64,000 bases of DNA from a virus (Duplodnaviria > Caudoviricetes): IMG/VR virus record IMGVR_UViG_3300035703_000088, positions 1,460 through 65,459 of that record; one strand, 5' to 3'. Positions 47,451-57,779 of the stretch are shown here, in pieces. Under the pieces are notes generated by a model. The model had not been told where the DNA came from and did no database searches. It saw only the letters and a list, made by a program, of their open reading frames with translations. The first letter of the stretch is position 1, and each line of letters starts with the position of its first letter. A program made the position numbers and the translations under genes.

Positions 47451-50230
47451 CAGTAACTCCTCATCAAGTAGCGTCGTGCTTCTTTTTCAAGCAACATGGT
47501 GAGTTGCTTTGCGGCCTTTTCATAATCAGCGGTTGGGTTATTTGTTGCTTGAATGTTGATAGTCGGGGCGATATTTATGGTAGTACCACCAACCACACTC
47601 ATCTGCGAACCCCCACCGCCACCGTGGGAGGACGCAACACTCGGCACCATGGGGTCACCAGTTCTGTCGGCCTCACGAACAGTGGCCGCGGCGGCGGCAA
47701 GGTCCACACCACGGAACTGGGTACCATTCGGGCCCCATGGGTTCCAACCACGCCCATTGAACATCTCGCGGGCAATCCGGGAGTTGGTTGATGGATCGTA
47801 TAGTGCCTCATTGTTAGGGATACCCCATGCCTTACGATTGGCCTCGGCACTCGTCTCGTTCGGGTTCATGTTGATCTGGAACAAGCCGTACGAGTCGTCA
47901 CGACCACCGCGCAAGTAACTGTCGTTATGGGAGCGGGGGTTCCACCGAGATTCACGCCATGTCACACCCACAGCCTCGGTGAGTTGTGGGCCCCAGCCAT
48001 TGGCACGAAGAATACTGATGAGGCTCTTCGGGTCCAGCGACTGACCGCCACCAATCAGGGGAGAAGCATTCTGCGTCATGGGGGTACGAGCCTTACGCCC
48101 CGCCGTCGCTCGTGCTGGGCCACCACCCGGGTTAGACAAACCGCTGAGGCGGTTGGCGTTGATGAACGAGTCAATCATTTCAGCCTGTGTCTGACCACGG
48201 AAAGCGGTGATTGTCAGACCACCACCGCCACCGTGCGCTCCGCTTTCCTCTGCGGCACCCCTTCGGCCTCGGCGTTCACCAAACTTGTCACCCGGCTTAA
48301 AATTGCCGTCAGTACCCCATGGCGATCCATTTTCTTCGTACTCACGACGAGAGTTAGGCAATTCCGAAGGCTGAACGTGGTAGTCCTCGCCGTTAACTGC
48401 GCCAAAGTGCTTTAGCCCGAACCTGTGGGCGTTTGCTTTCACCCATTCCATGTCACCCGTAAGGTCAGCCGCCAAACCGATCTCGTGCATTGATCGTCCG
48501 GGGGGAGCGGCGGGGTCACCGGAGGTGTGCTTGTAGTACTGTCCGTTCCATTGAATGTCAGTAACTTCATCGGTTGGGGTGTACCGCGACCGGAACAGAT
48601 TCTCCTGCTCTGAAGCGCTTCGCCATCCTCCACCAAAACCAACTCGGCCACCAGAGGCGACTATCATGCGTGTTAGGCGATCACGCATCTGGGGGTGTAG
48701 TTTGCTGAACTTAGAATTACTCTTGATTTGATCAAGGGTTACTTGCTTACCACCACGAGACGGGAACGTCGTTCGTGCTGATGCGTTAGCCGGAGGTTGT
48801 GACGTCTCAGGCGGGTCACCTTGCTGTGAAACCCCAGTAACCAATGCGCCAGCACCCATGAGGAATGGAGCAAATGGCTGTCCACCGGGGATAAACGCCG
48901 CCGCCATACCGGCCGCAGATAGCGCAGGTCCAGCGAACTTGCCAACTGACCTAAGGAGACCTTTTTCGTTCTGGTATTTAATGTCCTGACCGATGATTCC
49001 AGAAAGTTTGTCTTCCAATGCCGCGAAGGCTTCGGTCAGGTTCTGCGTACGTCGCTCAAGGGCCGCAAAGTTGTCTTGCTGACGTCCGTAGAATCGTTCT
49101 TCACGGTTGACCTTGAAGGACTCCGTAACTTCTTGCTGAAGGGCGAAGTTATCTTGGATACCCATGATCTTGCGATGCTCTCTGTTCGCCGGATCATAGA
49201 GTTGGTTGCCGTTATCCTTACCGCCAACTTTGTCCTTAAACTGGGCGTTAGCCATGGCGTACTGGATGACTTGGTCCTGAATGTCACTACCAACACCCAT
49301 GTAGGACAGGGTCGTACGGGTACGCGAACCCTGAACAAGGGCGCCTTCCAAGTCCTTACCCGAGCGGTCCAACAATCCCGAACTACGGGCAAGTTGCTGG
49401 ATGACTTCCATGCTGGAGCGCTGACCGCCACCGGGCTTGTACAGGCTCATGCCGCTGGTCATAAGCATGCGGTTGGCGGTCTGGGCAGACCCCAACTCTG
49501 TGACCATCTGAGCACCCTGACCAGCGGTAATTGAGAATCCGCTGAGAACTCGCATTGCCTCTATGGACTTTGCCTGCTGTTGAGCGTTAATGCCGTACTG
49601 GGCCTGCATTCCCAACAGTTGGTTAGCACCACCCATGCCGAGAAGCATGTACTTCTGCGTTAGAGGCTTGCGAAACTCCTCACGGTATTCTTTATTACTG
49701 ACTCCCATGATCTGCTGATACATGACAGCCATTTTGTCTGCCGAAGAAGAATACTCGTAACCGCGGGCAATACGGGCGTCAAGGCTCTTATCTATGGCAC
49801 CAATGGCACCACCAACAGCACCACCAACGGCAGAAAACATATCCGCCTTACCCATGCCCATCATGCCGCCCATGCCGCCCATGAGCCCACCGCCGCCACC
49901 ACCACCCATACCGCCACCTGAGCGGACGGCGTCCATGATGTAGGAAGTGCGCGTTGGGGTCGTGGCGTTACCCATGTTGGCGGTTACATGGCCCGCATTG
50001 GCTATACCGCCAGAGCCTGCGATACCACCGCCACCACCTGAGAAGGCGCCCTTGGCCCTGCTGATGCCTTGGGTTAGGCGCTCAGTAACACGAAGTTCTT
50101 GGTTAAGTGCTTTTACTTGGTTGACTACAGCCTTAATACCCTTAGCAGAAACGCCACCGGTAGAAGAGCCGGACACAGAGGCGAAGGGGTCTGCCCCACT
50201 CCCACCTCCTGTGATACTAGGTTCTGCCAT
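47450..50230 (-). CDS. Tape measure protein with M15 peptidase and lytic transglycosylase domains
   Basis: Helical A/G/M-rich N-terminus; APPGRSMHEIGLAAD...EDYH; RESRWNP...DSYGLFQIN...GWNPW. Confidence 0.85.
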   Translation of the reverse strand: MAEPSITGGGSGADPFASVSGSSTGGVSAKGIKAVVNQVKALNQELRVTERLTQGISRAKGAFSGGGGGIAGSGGIANAGHVTANMGNATTPTRTSYIMDAVRSGGGMGGGGGGGLMGGMGGMMGMGKADMFSAVGGAVGGAIGAIDKSLDARIARGYEYSSSADKMAVMYQQIMGVSNKEYREEFRKPLTQKYMLLGMGGANQLLGMQAQYGINAQQQAKSIEAMRVLSGFSITAGQGAQMVTELGSAQTANRMLMTSGMSLYKPGGGQRSSMEVIQQLARSSGLLDRSGKDLEGALVQGSRTRTTLSYMGVGSDIQDQVIQYAMANAQFKDKVGGKDNGNQLYDPANREHRKIMGIQDNFALQQEVTESFKVNREERFYGRQQDNFAALERRTQNLTEAFAALEDKLSGIIGQDIKYQNEKGLLRSVGKFAGPALSAAGMAAAFIPGGQPFAPFLMGAGALVTGVSQQGDPPETSQPPANASARTTFPSRGGKQVTLDQIKSNSKFSKLHPQMRDRLTRMIVASGGRVGFGGGWRSASEQENLFRSRYTPTDEVTDIQWNGQYYKHTSGDPAAPPGRSMHEIGLAADLTGDMEWVKANAHRFGLKHFGAVNGEDYHVQPSELPNSRREYEENGSPWGTDGNFKPGDKFGERRGRRGAAEESGAHGGGGGLTITAFRGQTQAEMIDSFINANRLSGLSNPGGGPARATAGRKARTPMTQNASPLIGGGQSLDPKSLISILRANGWGPQLTEAVGVTWRESRWNPRSHNDSYLRGGRDDSYGLFQINMNPNETSAEANRKAWGIPNNEALYDPSTNSRIAREMFNGRGWNPWGPNGTQFRGVDLAAAAATVREADRTGDPMVPSVASSHGGGGGSQMSVVGGTTINIAPTINIQATNNPTADYEKAAKQLTMLLEKEARRYLMRSY

Positions 50231-50242
50231 AACGCGCCTCCG

Positions 50243-50383
50243 CTATAAGGGTTTCCACTTTGTCATATCCACCCAGTACCGTCTTTCTCGGGCAGACATT
50301 TGCTTTATTTCTGTAATTGTAAACCCATTATACGCGGAGGCTATAGAGTCGTAGTCCCAGTAAAGATTTTGAATGTTAACCAA
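50243..50383 (-). CDS. Tail chaperone C-terminal extension (+1 frame relative to the upstream gene)
   Basis: 46-aa ORF LVNIQNLYWDYDSIASAYNGFTITEIKQMSARERRYW... overlapping the upstream stop, with no ATG start. Confidence 0.6.
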   Translation of the reverse strand: MVNIQNLYWDYDSIASAYNGFTITEIKQMSARERRYWVDMTKWKPL

Positions 50384-51152
50384 ATAGAAGTGAGACCCAA
50401 TCAAGCATCAGCACTACGGGTTCTCCGCAATGGGCGCAAGGGGCGTTCACCTCCTGAGGCTCCGGACCAACCTTGGTTTCAAAGATGGCGTTAATAACCT
50501 TAGAGCGATCCCCGACAGACAGGTTCTTAGCCCACTGGAGGGGGTCACCAACTCGCGCATCCTTAACGAGGCACCGAGAGATCATCAATGTGTTCTGCTG
50601 GGGGCCGTTCAGGTTGGGTTGAGCAACACGCTTGCTGTCGTCGGCATTGGGGAGACGAAACTTGTAGGTTTCCCCATCTCGGAGAGTTACCTCAATAGGC
50701 TTGCGTGCCACCTCAGCCGTCCCCACAACGGGGAAGTCCTTCTCAATGTCAACCACCAAGTCATTGTCCTTACGACAATGGGGGCAGGTGACCTTGAACT
50801 CTCTAGTGCTACCGTATGTTGCCTTGATGATGGCCAAGAACAAGATGTCTCGGTCACCAATAACCAACTGGTCAATGATCTCCGGTGACTTCTTAATATC
50901 AATTTCACCGATTGATACCACTGCTCGCTTCAAAAGTTCCACGGAGTACGAGGCATATTGCAGACCTCCCGCGGGGTTCATGGAAGCCAAGAACTCCTCG
51001 TCCGTACCCGTCATCTCACGCACCACAGCGGTGTCTTGCCACCCCTCCACGCTCCTGTAGCCTGCGATCAGGGCCACCGAGAGGTTCGGGGGTGGGGCGA
51101 TAGACGGCGGGGCGTCATCGTTCAACACGCGATCCAAGTTGTCAACAGTCAT
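50376..51152 (-). CDS. Tail/baseplate-hub assembly chaperone (T4 gp26/gp51-like)
   Basis: REMTGTDEE, GDRDIL, CPHC, FRLP, CAHC; lies between tube and tape measure. Confidence 0.75.
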   Translation of the reverse strand: MTVDNLDRVLNDDAPPSIAPPPNLSVALIAGYRSVEGWQDTAVVREMTGTDEEFLASMNPAGGLQYASYSVELLKRAVVSIGEIDIKKSPEIIDQLVIGDRDILFLAIIKATYGSTREFKVTCPHCRKDNDLVVDIEKDFPVVGTAEVARKPIEVTLRDGETYKFRLPNADDSKRVAQPNLNGPQQNTLMISRCLVKDARVGDPLQWAKNLSVGDRSKVINAIFETKVGPEPQEVNAPCAHCGEPVVLMLDWVSLLFG

Positions 51153-51174
51153 TTTGTTCTCCTATTTATTTATT

Positions 51175-51789
51175 TCAGGATTCCTTGAGCCAATCAATAG
51201 TAAAGCCTTCATGGTTCAACGTCATCTGCTGAATCATGATGGAACTACTACCAGCGTTAAGGTCACTCAGAGCATAACCTGCGGGCCATGCGTTGTAAAT
51301 CGTGAACTTCAGACGAGCGTTACCCGGCTTGACAGCACCGTCCAAGTTAGACGGGCTGTAGGCGTAACCACCATTGGCGTTGCCGATAACCGCGGTGTTC
51401 GGGTGGTCGTACACCGTAACGGTGACGTCACAGCGGTAGTCGGTGGTGGTGCCGTTGGAGGTACCAGCGGCGCCCTGCGACCACGAGTGGATGAACCTCT
51501 GCCAGTTCCACAGTTGATCCTGCTTTTCAATCACACCACGGCTAAAGGTGATGGGGTTGAAGTCGGACTGGCCGACCATCTTATGCGGGTGGGTGTTCAT
51601 ACCACCCTCGCGGTACGGGATCATCTCGTTCGTCACCGACAAGCCGGTGACCACGGCAAAGCCGAGGTTACCGATGCCTTCCGTGGACTGGCGAAGTTCT
51701 TCGTCAATCGGAACAATATTGACCGTGAACTTAAAGTCCCTCAACGGGTCAGTTCGTGTCAACCGAGTCAGGTTGGGTGTTGCGGGCAT
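51175..51789 (-). CDS. Tail tube protein (T4 gp19 family)
   Basis: DPLRDFKF...YREGG...ITFSRGV...NAWP...LNHEG. Confidence 0.92.
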   Translation of the reverse strand: MPATPNLTRLTRTDPLRDFKFTVNIVPIDEELRQSTEGIGNLGFAVVTGLSVTNEMIPYREGGMNTHPHKMVGQSDFNPITFSRGVIEKQDQLWNWQRFIHSWSQGAAGTSNGTTTDYRCDVTVTVYDHPNTAVIGNANGGYAYSPSNLDGAVKPGNARLKFTIYNAWPAGYALSDLNAGSSSIMIQQMTLNHEGFTIDWLKES

Positions 51790-51805
51790 AATTACTTCCT
51801 CCTAA

Positions 51806-53359
51806 TTACAGGTTCTCAGCGGTGTTTGCGCCGCCGATCCATTGGCTGACATTGATAACGATGAACTCTGCCGGGTACAGCAAGGAGACGCCCACTTCAA
51901 CATTCACCTGTCCAGCCGAGATGGAGGCGTTGGTGTTGTTGGTGTCGTCGCAGAGGATGTAGAACGCCTCGTCAGCCGTACGCCCACGGAGTCCACCGGA
52001 GCCCCAGAAGTCCGTCAGGAAACGATTCAGGCGAGCCTCAATCGTGCCCCACAAACGCTCATCGTTCGGCTCAAACACGGCAAACTGCGTCAGCGACTTC
52101 ACCGAAGACTTGACGTAGTTCAACGAACGGCGGATCGGGACGTACTTGTCCGGGTAATTCTTCTTCAGGGTACGGGCACCGTTGATGCTGATGCCACCAC
52201 CGGGGATCGCACGGAAGGTGTTCACACCCGCCTCATACAGAGTTCCGGCAACCGACTCCGTGTAGGGAGTTTCCAAGCCGATGGCGTTGGCGATCTGGAC
52301 GCCAAAGCCAGCAGGGGCCTTAGCGACGGTGCGCTCACGCTCCATACGGGAGTAGATACCTGCAACAGCACCACCGGGGTAGCAGTTGCGGATAGCGCCG
52401 ATTCCGGTCTTGGCCGGGTCCAGCATCTTCAACATCGGGTAGTACACGGCACCATAGCCCGTGGAGGTGCTGTAAGTTGAGGTGACCGCGGTGACGGCAC
52501 CAGCGGTGGTTGCGCCTGCAACCGGATCAACAATCACAAACGAGTCGCCACGGGCCTCAGCCTTAGCCAAAGCCGCATTGACGACCGTGGCGTCGCTGAT
52601 ACCAACGACATTGATCATGATCGGCTCTTCAATGGACGCAAGTGCGTCCAAAGCGGCGGTGTATCCCGTGGGGAGAACCGTTCCTCCGTTGCTACCACCC
52701 GTGAAGTATGCACTGGTGGACAACGTGGTCCACGCCGCAACAGCGCTAGTTCCGGGGCTTGCCAGAACATTGGACACCGTGACGTATGCCGAGTACTCAT
52801 TCAGGATCGTAGCCACATATCGGCTAGAGGTGGGGTCCAGCGACAACTCCGTCCACGACTCAACTTCCGAGCCGTTCAACGAAAGAACCAAGTTGAACGT
52901 GGGGTACACGGTTGAGGTGGGGGTAACAACGCCAGCCGTGGGCGTAGCCACCAGTCCGACATTGGCCACGCTGGCCGCACTGTTCGCCCAAGTTCCGGCG
53001 CTACGAGCACTCAAGGTAAAGGCAACAGAGGCCGCGGTGGCCGAGGCTCCGCTCGTAACAGGGTTGTACTCAATCGTGGCGTTGGTAGCGACCGCCGAAC
53101 TGGCTCCGACAGCGCGGGTCACATAGCAAACACGACCACCGTTGGCGAAGTACGAGTAAACCGCGTAACCAAGGTCGTAAGCGTTAGTGATCTTTCCAAA
53201 GGTCTGCTGGTAAGCGGCCCAACTGTCAATCAGCGTCGGCGTAGTCGGACCACGCTCTGCCGTACCGATAAAAGCCGCGGTGCCCGTGCCATCACGGCGG
53301 GCAACAACGGACTGCATGGGTGATTCGCTTACATAAACGCCCGGGCGTGTATAAGGCAT
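51806..53359 (-). CDS. Contractile tail sheath protein
   Basis: RPGVYVSE...AFIGTAERGP...YFANGG...KAPAG...VFEPND...PAEFI. Confidence 0.95.
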   Translation of the reverse strand: MPYTRPGVYVSESPMQSVVARRDGTGTAAFIGTAERGPTTPTLIDSWAAYQQTFGKITNAYDLGYAVYSYFANGGRVCYVTRAVGASSAVATNATIEYNPVTSGASATAASVAFTLSARSAGTWANSAASVANVGLVATPTAGVVTPTSTVYPTFNLVLSLNGSEVESWTELSLDPTSSRYVATILNEYSAYVTVSNVLASPGTSAVAAWTTLSTSAYFTGGSNGGTVLPTGYTAALDALASIEEPIMINVVGISDATVVNAALAKAEARGDSFVIVDPVAGATTAGAVTAVTSTYSTSTGYGAVYYPMLKMLDPAKTGIGAIRNCYPGGAVAGIYSRMERERTVAKAPAGFGVQIANAIGLETPYTESVAGTLYEAGVNTFRAIPGGGISINGARTLKKNYPDKYVPIRRSLNYVKSSVKSLTQFAVFEPNDERLWGTIEARLNRFLTDFWGSGGLRGRTADEAFYILCDDTNNTNASISAGQVNVEVGVSLLYPAEFIVINVSQWIGGANTAENL

Positions 53360-53376
53360 GGGATTCCTCCAATAAG

Positions 53377-54066
53377 TTAGATGATTACTGTTTCGTCATT
53401 CAGATTTTGGTCAATGTCAGTAATTGTACTACGAACCGTAGAAACGCGCCGCGATCCTACAAGATCAGATGTAATGATTTCTGCTGACATTTTCAGTGTG
53501 TAAACTTTTCTAAATATCCGTTTCCGGTAACCTGCCTCAGGGTCAAGAAGGTCGGCGGTAACCCAGTCCAGAAGGTCAAACCTTCGGATCGTGTTATCGG
53601 CGGGCACATCTATATAACCCCAGCGCATCCGCGCATATGAGTGTAGCATTTGCGCGGTAAGTTGTCTGTCGTGTAGTGCAGATCGGGTATAAGTAGACAC
53701 CTGATATAGGATATCTACGGGTATAAATTCGTTGGCTTTAACAACTGGACCCATGCTGGCGTACTGGGTAAATCCAGACGCTTGGCTGGGCCAGTACTCC
53801 ATGGCCATGGGGCCAGAGAACTGGGTTGAGGCGGCGGTGCTCGTAGAAGCGTAAATCGTCACCTCGGAATGCTGGCGCTCAGTTGCCTGAACGATGTCCA
53901 ACATTTCAATCGTAATAAAGGGATAAATACGTTCCGTGTCGCCTTCTGGATAACGGAAGAACACCTGTACGGGGCGCGAACCGTTACGGTCATCCGAGAC
54001 GGTCAAGCCACTAAACCGCGCCTTGACGGCGGCGTCTTCGGCAAGCAGGAAGCCGGTGGTGGTCAC
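53377..54066 (-). CDS. Tail terminator/completion protein
   Basis: YPFITI...YQVSTY; position before the sheath. Confidence 0.65.
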   Translation of the reverse strand: MTTTGFLLAEDAAVKARFSGLTVSDDRNGSRPVQVFFRYPEGDTERIYPFITIEMLDIVQATERQHSEVTIYASTSTAASTQFSGPMAMEYWPSQASGFTQYASMGPVVKANEFIPVDILYQVSTYTRSALHDRQLTAQMLHSYARMRWGYIDVPADNTIRRFDLLDWVTADLLDPEAGYRKRIFRKVYTLKMSAEIITSDLVGSRRVSTVRSTITDIDQNLNDETVII

Positions 54067-54473
54067 TTCAAGAACCTGCCCAGCGCCGAGTCAATCGCGG
54101 ACTCAACCTTCTTAGCCGAGGAGAACTTCAACTTACGGATAGTTCCCTTAGCGGCCGCTGACGGTCCCCCGTACTCCAGTTCCTTAACCCGAGCGATCTG
54201 GTCAGGAGAACCCGAGAACTTGTAGTCAAACCCGCCCTTCTCAGACACGCTGACAGAGAGGTTATTTGCTACCTCAGACCACTCAGGATCATTAGCAAGG
54301 TACTGCTTGGTGCGCTCTTCTTCCTGTTCAACAGCCGCCATGACCGCACGGTAGATGTTGCTGTTGGCGCCCTTTTTGAGATCAGCGCCCATTCTGAGCA
54401 GGGCAAACGACTTATCAAAACTGATAAGGGAAGGGTTAGAAGATGAGGATATAGACGAATAATCAGCCGTCAT
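54063..54473 (-). CDS. Neck/tail completion protein
   Basis: LEYGG motif; RBS GAGGAGG; position. Confidence 0.55.
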   Translation of the reverse strand: MTADYSSISSSSNPSLISFDKSFALLRMGADLKKGANSNIYRAVMAAVEQEEERTKQYLANDPEWSEVANNLSVSVSEKGGFDYKFSGSPDQIARVKELEYGGPSAAAKGTIRKLKFSSAKKVESAIDSALGRFLK

Positions 54474-54537
54474 ACGGCACCTCCTCAGGTCTTCTAAGCA
54501 AATGTCCTTAGGGACGCGCATCCCTAATACAGGTATT

Positions 54538-55077
54538 CTACCCTAAATTTGCAATGGTTGCAGGCCAAGGATAGTTAGCGACGGCATATGAGGCTGGGCC
54601 TATATCGTTGACCATTTCCTGAGAGATGTAGGTCTCAATACCCTCAACCACCAGCATGACGTCATCCCGGGCGCGTCCACGGACTCGGTAGGACACCACG
54701 CTGAAGTACCGACCGTCATACAAGAACATGTCGTTCAGGCGGGGCTGGTACTCCCACGGAGCGGTTACTCCAGCCGCCCGGAAGTCGTCAAGAGAGGCTA
54801 CAAAGTTGACCAACTGGACGGGCTGGCGACCTTCGGGGATAGCCCGCTTCTGGTCCTCAGACTCGGTGATCATGAGCACCGGGACGGTTACTCCAGCCTT
54901 GTACCGGCGCCCGCCAGCACCCCCAGTACCCTCGTCGTACACATCGTCGTACAAACTGGAGGCCGAGGCGCTCGTACCCAGAGGGACGAATTCAAACCAC
55001 ACAATGGATTCACCAGACTGCTTTTGATAGGACGCATAGTGCTTCCTAATCATGGAGAGTTCGCGCCGGACGTCCAT
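54538..55077 (-). CDS. Head closure/neck protein
   Basis: Beta-rich, NDMFLYDGRYFSV; position. Confidence 0.6.
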   Translation of the reverse strand: MDVRRELSMIRKHYASYQKQSGESIVWFEFVPLGTSASASSLYDDVYDEGTGGAGGRRYKAGVTVPVLMITESEDQKRAIPEGRQPVQLVNFVASLDDFRAAGVTAPWEYQPRLNDMFLYDGRYFSVVSYRVRGRARDDVMLVVEGIETYISQEMVNDIGPASYAVANYPWPATIANLG

Positions 55078-55082
55078 GGCTA

Positions 55083-55886
55083 TCAGTAGTACGCGATGTT
55101 AGAGAACGAACCGGTCGGGATTGCACCGTCTATAAGAACGTCAGTTCGCAGGTCCTCTTCCTTAACTTCCTTCTCAATAACACCCGGGTCAATGCTGGGC
55201 CACAGGCGTTCCGGAGGACTGTAGTCGCCCAGTTCGCGGGGACGGTACAGCGGGATGAGGTAGTTCGTGGTACGGGAAACACGACGAAGGGTGAAGACCT
55301 CCATACGGTCCAGACCAATATTGAGGGCCGTGGCGTGCTTCTTGTACTCCTCTTCCCACTGGGCCAAGAGGGATTGAACCATGCGGAAGCGCTGGCTAGC
55401 GGGGATGTGGATGGACTCTGAGGTCATCACATCAATGTCACGGCTGAACTCCGTCATAAGGGCCCACAGGCACTCTGTAATAGCCGCAATACCGATTGCG
55501 TTGATCACCACATCAGCCAGTTCCTCAATCGCTAAATCAAGGTTTACGAGGTGCTTTGCGACGGCCTTCTGCGTGTAAAAGTCAAGGTCATCAGGGGTAA
55601 CCCACTCGTAGTAGTAACCCTCAACCAAGATCGTCAAAGAAGACGACACGGTGTTAGCCAACCGCAAAATACCGTTGCGTGAGTCAATCGTGTAGTCGGT
55701 AGTCGCCAGCGTAGACGCGGCGGTACCCGGCCCACCAACGACAGCCACCCACAAGGTGTCTGCGTCAATGTTGATATGGCCGAGTTCGTAGGTACGACCA
55801 ACAACGGGAAAAGAAACTTGGAAGAACTTTGGGAAGTCTCTTAAGTAGTTTCTTGCGATTTTAGAAATATCGGAGATTGTCGCCAT
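55083..55886 (-). CDS. Head-tail adaptor/neck protein
   Basis: RNYLRD...IPASQRF; position after the capsid genes. Confidence 0.6.
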   Translation of the reverse strand: MATISDISKIARNYLRDFPKFFQVSFPVVGRTYELGHINIDADTLWVAVVGGPGTAASTLATTDYTIDSRNGILRLANTVSSSLTILVEGYYYEWVTPDDLDFYTQKAVAKHLVNLDLAIEELADVVINAIGIAAITECLWALMTEFSRDIDVMTSESIHIPASQRFRMVQSLLAQWEEEYKKHATALNIGLDRMEVFTLRRVSRTTNYLIPLYRPRELGDYSPPERLWPSIDPGVIEKEVKEEDLRTDVLIDGAIPTGSFSNIAYY

Positions 55887-55900
55887 GAATCTCTATATTA

Positions 55901-56056
55901 CTACTGATCGCCCGAGCCTGCTCCGGGAATAGTGTCCTGAGCGGGCTGATTTACAGCGGGCTGAGTTTCCCGAAGGCGATGCACCATAAAACCACGCTTA
56001 AGAATGATCTGTTCTGAGGTCCCCGCCTCAATCGGTTCAATCGGCGTGTCGCTCAT
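55901..56056 (-). CDS. Small hypothetical protein
   Basis: 51 aa read manually; ATGA coupling. Confidence 0.5.
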   Translation of the reverse strand: MSDTPIEPIEAGTSEQIILKRGFMVHRLRETQPAVNQPAQDTIPGAGSGDQ

Positions 56057-57471
56057 AGCGCCTGAATGAACCACCGCATTTTCAGGTGGCTAGGTTGGGT
56101 GGGCACAGCAGTCACAGGGCTTGCACCAAAGTTGCTCTCAGTAACGGTGTGATTAGAAATAGAATGGTTACCGATTGTAACTGTGTGGGTGTGGGCCCCA
56201 TTACCAACGGTGTCGGGAGCGGACTGGAAGAACACCGCACCCCCGGCCTCCGTAAGGTCACCCGCTTCTCCGGCAGTCGGAGGTCCCGGGTTAAGAGGGT
56301 TTGGATAGAACTCTTCATTGACGCCAAGGACATCCACATGAAAAGCGTCTGCGGTAGAGCCAGAACCGTGTGTGGAATCGGCATCGTCAACAACGTGAAA
56401 CCCATTATGGTCGCTGGGTGGGCGATAAATAACCGCGCCGTTGTGAACATGGGCTACCGTGGCATGGGTGTGGTTAGGCTCGGTGCTCACAGTCGTTGAG
56501 TGCGTCAGCACGGCGTGGTTTGCAACTGCCACGCTGTGGTTGTGACGAGGAATGTTTGCCTCAACGAGGCTCACTGAGTTTGCTCCGCCAGCCGAGCCAA
56601 GGGACGAGGTAGCGCCCACAATCGTGCGGTCGTTGTTTAGATTGGGCAAAGTGAAGGTAGTTCCAACACTTGCGCCATAAGTAGTTCCCAACACAATGGC
56701 AAGTTGGGGGTAGTCACCGCTATCAAAGGTCTGACCATTACACGGGAGGCAGGTCGTCAAACCGCCCACGGTCGGGGGCAACGACGACCCCGGCCACGCA
56801 AAGATGGCGCCAATCGGAAGAATCATCTTCCGCAAAGAAGAAGCCGTAACCAACTCTTCCCAAGTGCTATTCAGGCGTGCGTAGGGCTTATTGTTTGTCG
56901 TGTCTACGACAATGTCGCCCACCTTGTCCTTAGCGTCAACAGACGGAGTTCCCGCAATGGTGTAGGTAACGGGGGAGTCAGCGAATATGCGCTTATCTAC
57001 AATGTGTCCTGCGTCCAAGTCCACGCCAACAGAGCGGAATACCGACGCTAAAAGAACGTCAGTAGCCGGATCGTAATGATCCGTAGCGGAGAACGACTCC
57101 CCAGAGTTGAGAACCGTACGGCTCTTTGGCAGGGTGGGGTTACTAACATGGTCTACGCCAACAATGTGGGTGACTGCGGCGGTGGACCCCGACAGACGGA
57201 CGACGATCAGGTCAAAGCGGTAATTAGTAGCGGCGCTAATTGTGATTGACGAGTTGGCAGTAAAGGTGTAGGGCTTACCACCAATAACTGCCACACCCGC
57301 CGAAACACTGGCCGCTGTGTTAGAGATATGCGAAACCACACCACCACTACGGATGTAGTTGAGGGGGTTTCCAAGGGCCTCAATATCTACCGAGTCGGGC
57401 TCGGCCTGATTGATGTTGGCGTACTTATTGGGCGATCCCGTAGAACCAGCATTCGGAATAATGTACGCCAT
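56053..57471 (-). CDS. Fibre protein with tail-collar domain and HxH metal-binding repeats
   Basis: LPIGAIFAWPG...LPCNGQ...YPQL...TFTLPNL; HNH, HTH, HVH, HTH boxes. Confidence 0.85.
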   Translation of the reverse strand: MAYIIPNAGSTGSPNKYANINQAEPDSVDIEALGNPLNYIRSGGVVSHISNTAASVSAGVAVIGGKPYTFTANSSITISAATNYRFDLIVVRLSGSTAAVTHIVGVDHVSNPTLPKSRTVLNSGESFSATDHYDPATDVLLASVFRSVGVDLDAGHIVDKRIFADSPVTYTIAGTPSVDAKDKVGDIVVDTTNNKPYARLNSTWEELVTASSLRKMILPIGAIFAWPGSSLPPTVGGLTTCLPCNGQTFDSGDYPQLAIVLGTTYGASVGTTFTLPNLNNDRTIVGATSSLGSAGGANSVSLVEANIPRHNHSVAVANHAVLTHSTTVSTEPNHTHATVAHVHNGAVIYRPPSDHNGFHVVDDADSTHGSGSTADAFHVDVLGVNEEFYPNPLNPGPPTAGEAGDLTEAGGAVFFQSAPDTVGNGAHTHTVTIGNHSISNHTVTESNFGASPVTAVPTQPSHLKMRWFIQAL

Positions 57472-57479
57472 GCGCTACC

Positions 57480-57743
57480 TCAGACGGTGTCGTAAATGTT
57501 GGAGTGACGAACGAGGTAGTCGTACAGATCGCGGGGGATGCGGTAACGCTTACCATCTTCAAAATCGTAGGTCGCACGGCCCCAGAACATCTTCCATGTT
57601 CCTTTAACACGAGCCGTAACGAGGTTGTCCTGCACGGGGGCAGACTTCGGGGCAGAGACCACGGGGGTCTCTTCGCTGACTTCCACCACATCCGCGGTGT
57701 CGTCAAGTTCGGCAAAAGCCGGGTTCTTTTTGTTGGTTGCCAT
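57480..57743 (-). CDS. Small head-associated protein
   Basis: Follows the capsid gene; YDFEDGKRYRIP; RBS AAGGAG. Confidence 0.6.
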   Translation of the reverse strand: MATNKKNPAFAELDDTADVVEVSEETPVVSAPKSAPVQDNLVTARVKGTWKMFWGRATYDFEDGKRYRIPRDLYDYLVRHSNIYDTV

Positions 57744-57779
57744 GTGTTTTCTCCTTGTTGTTTGGTATTTAGATTATCA

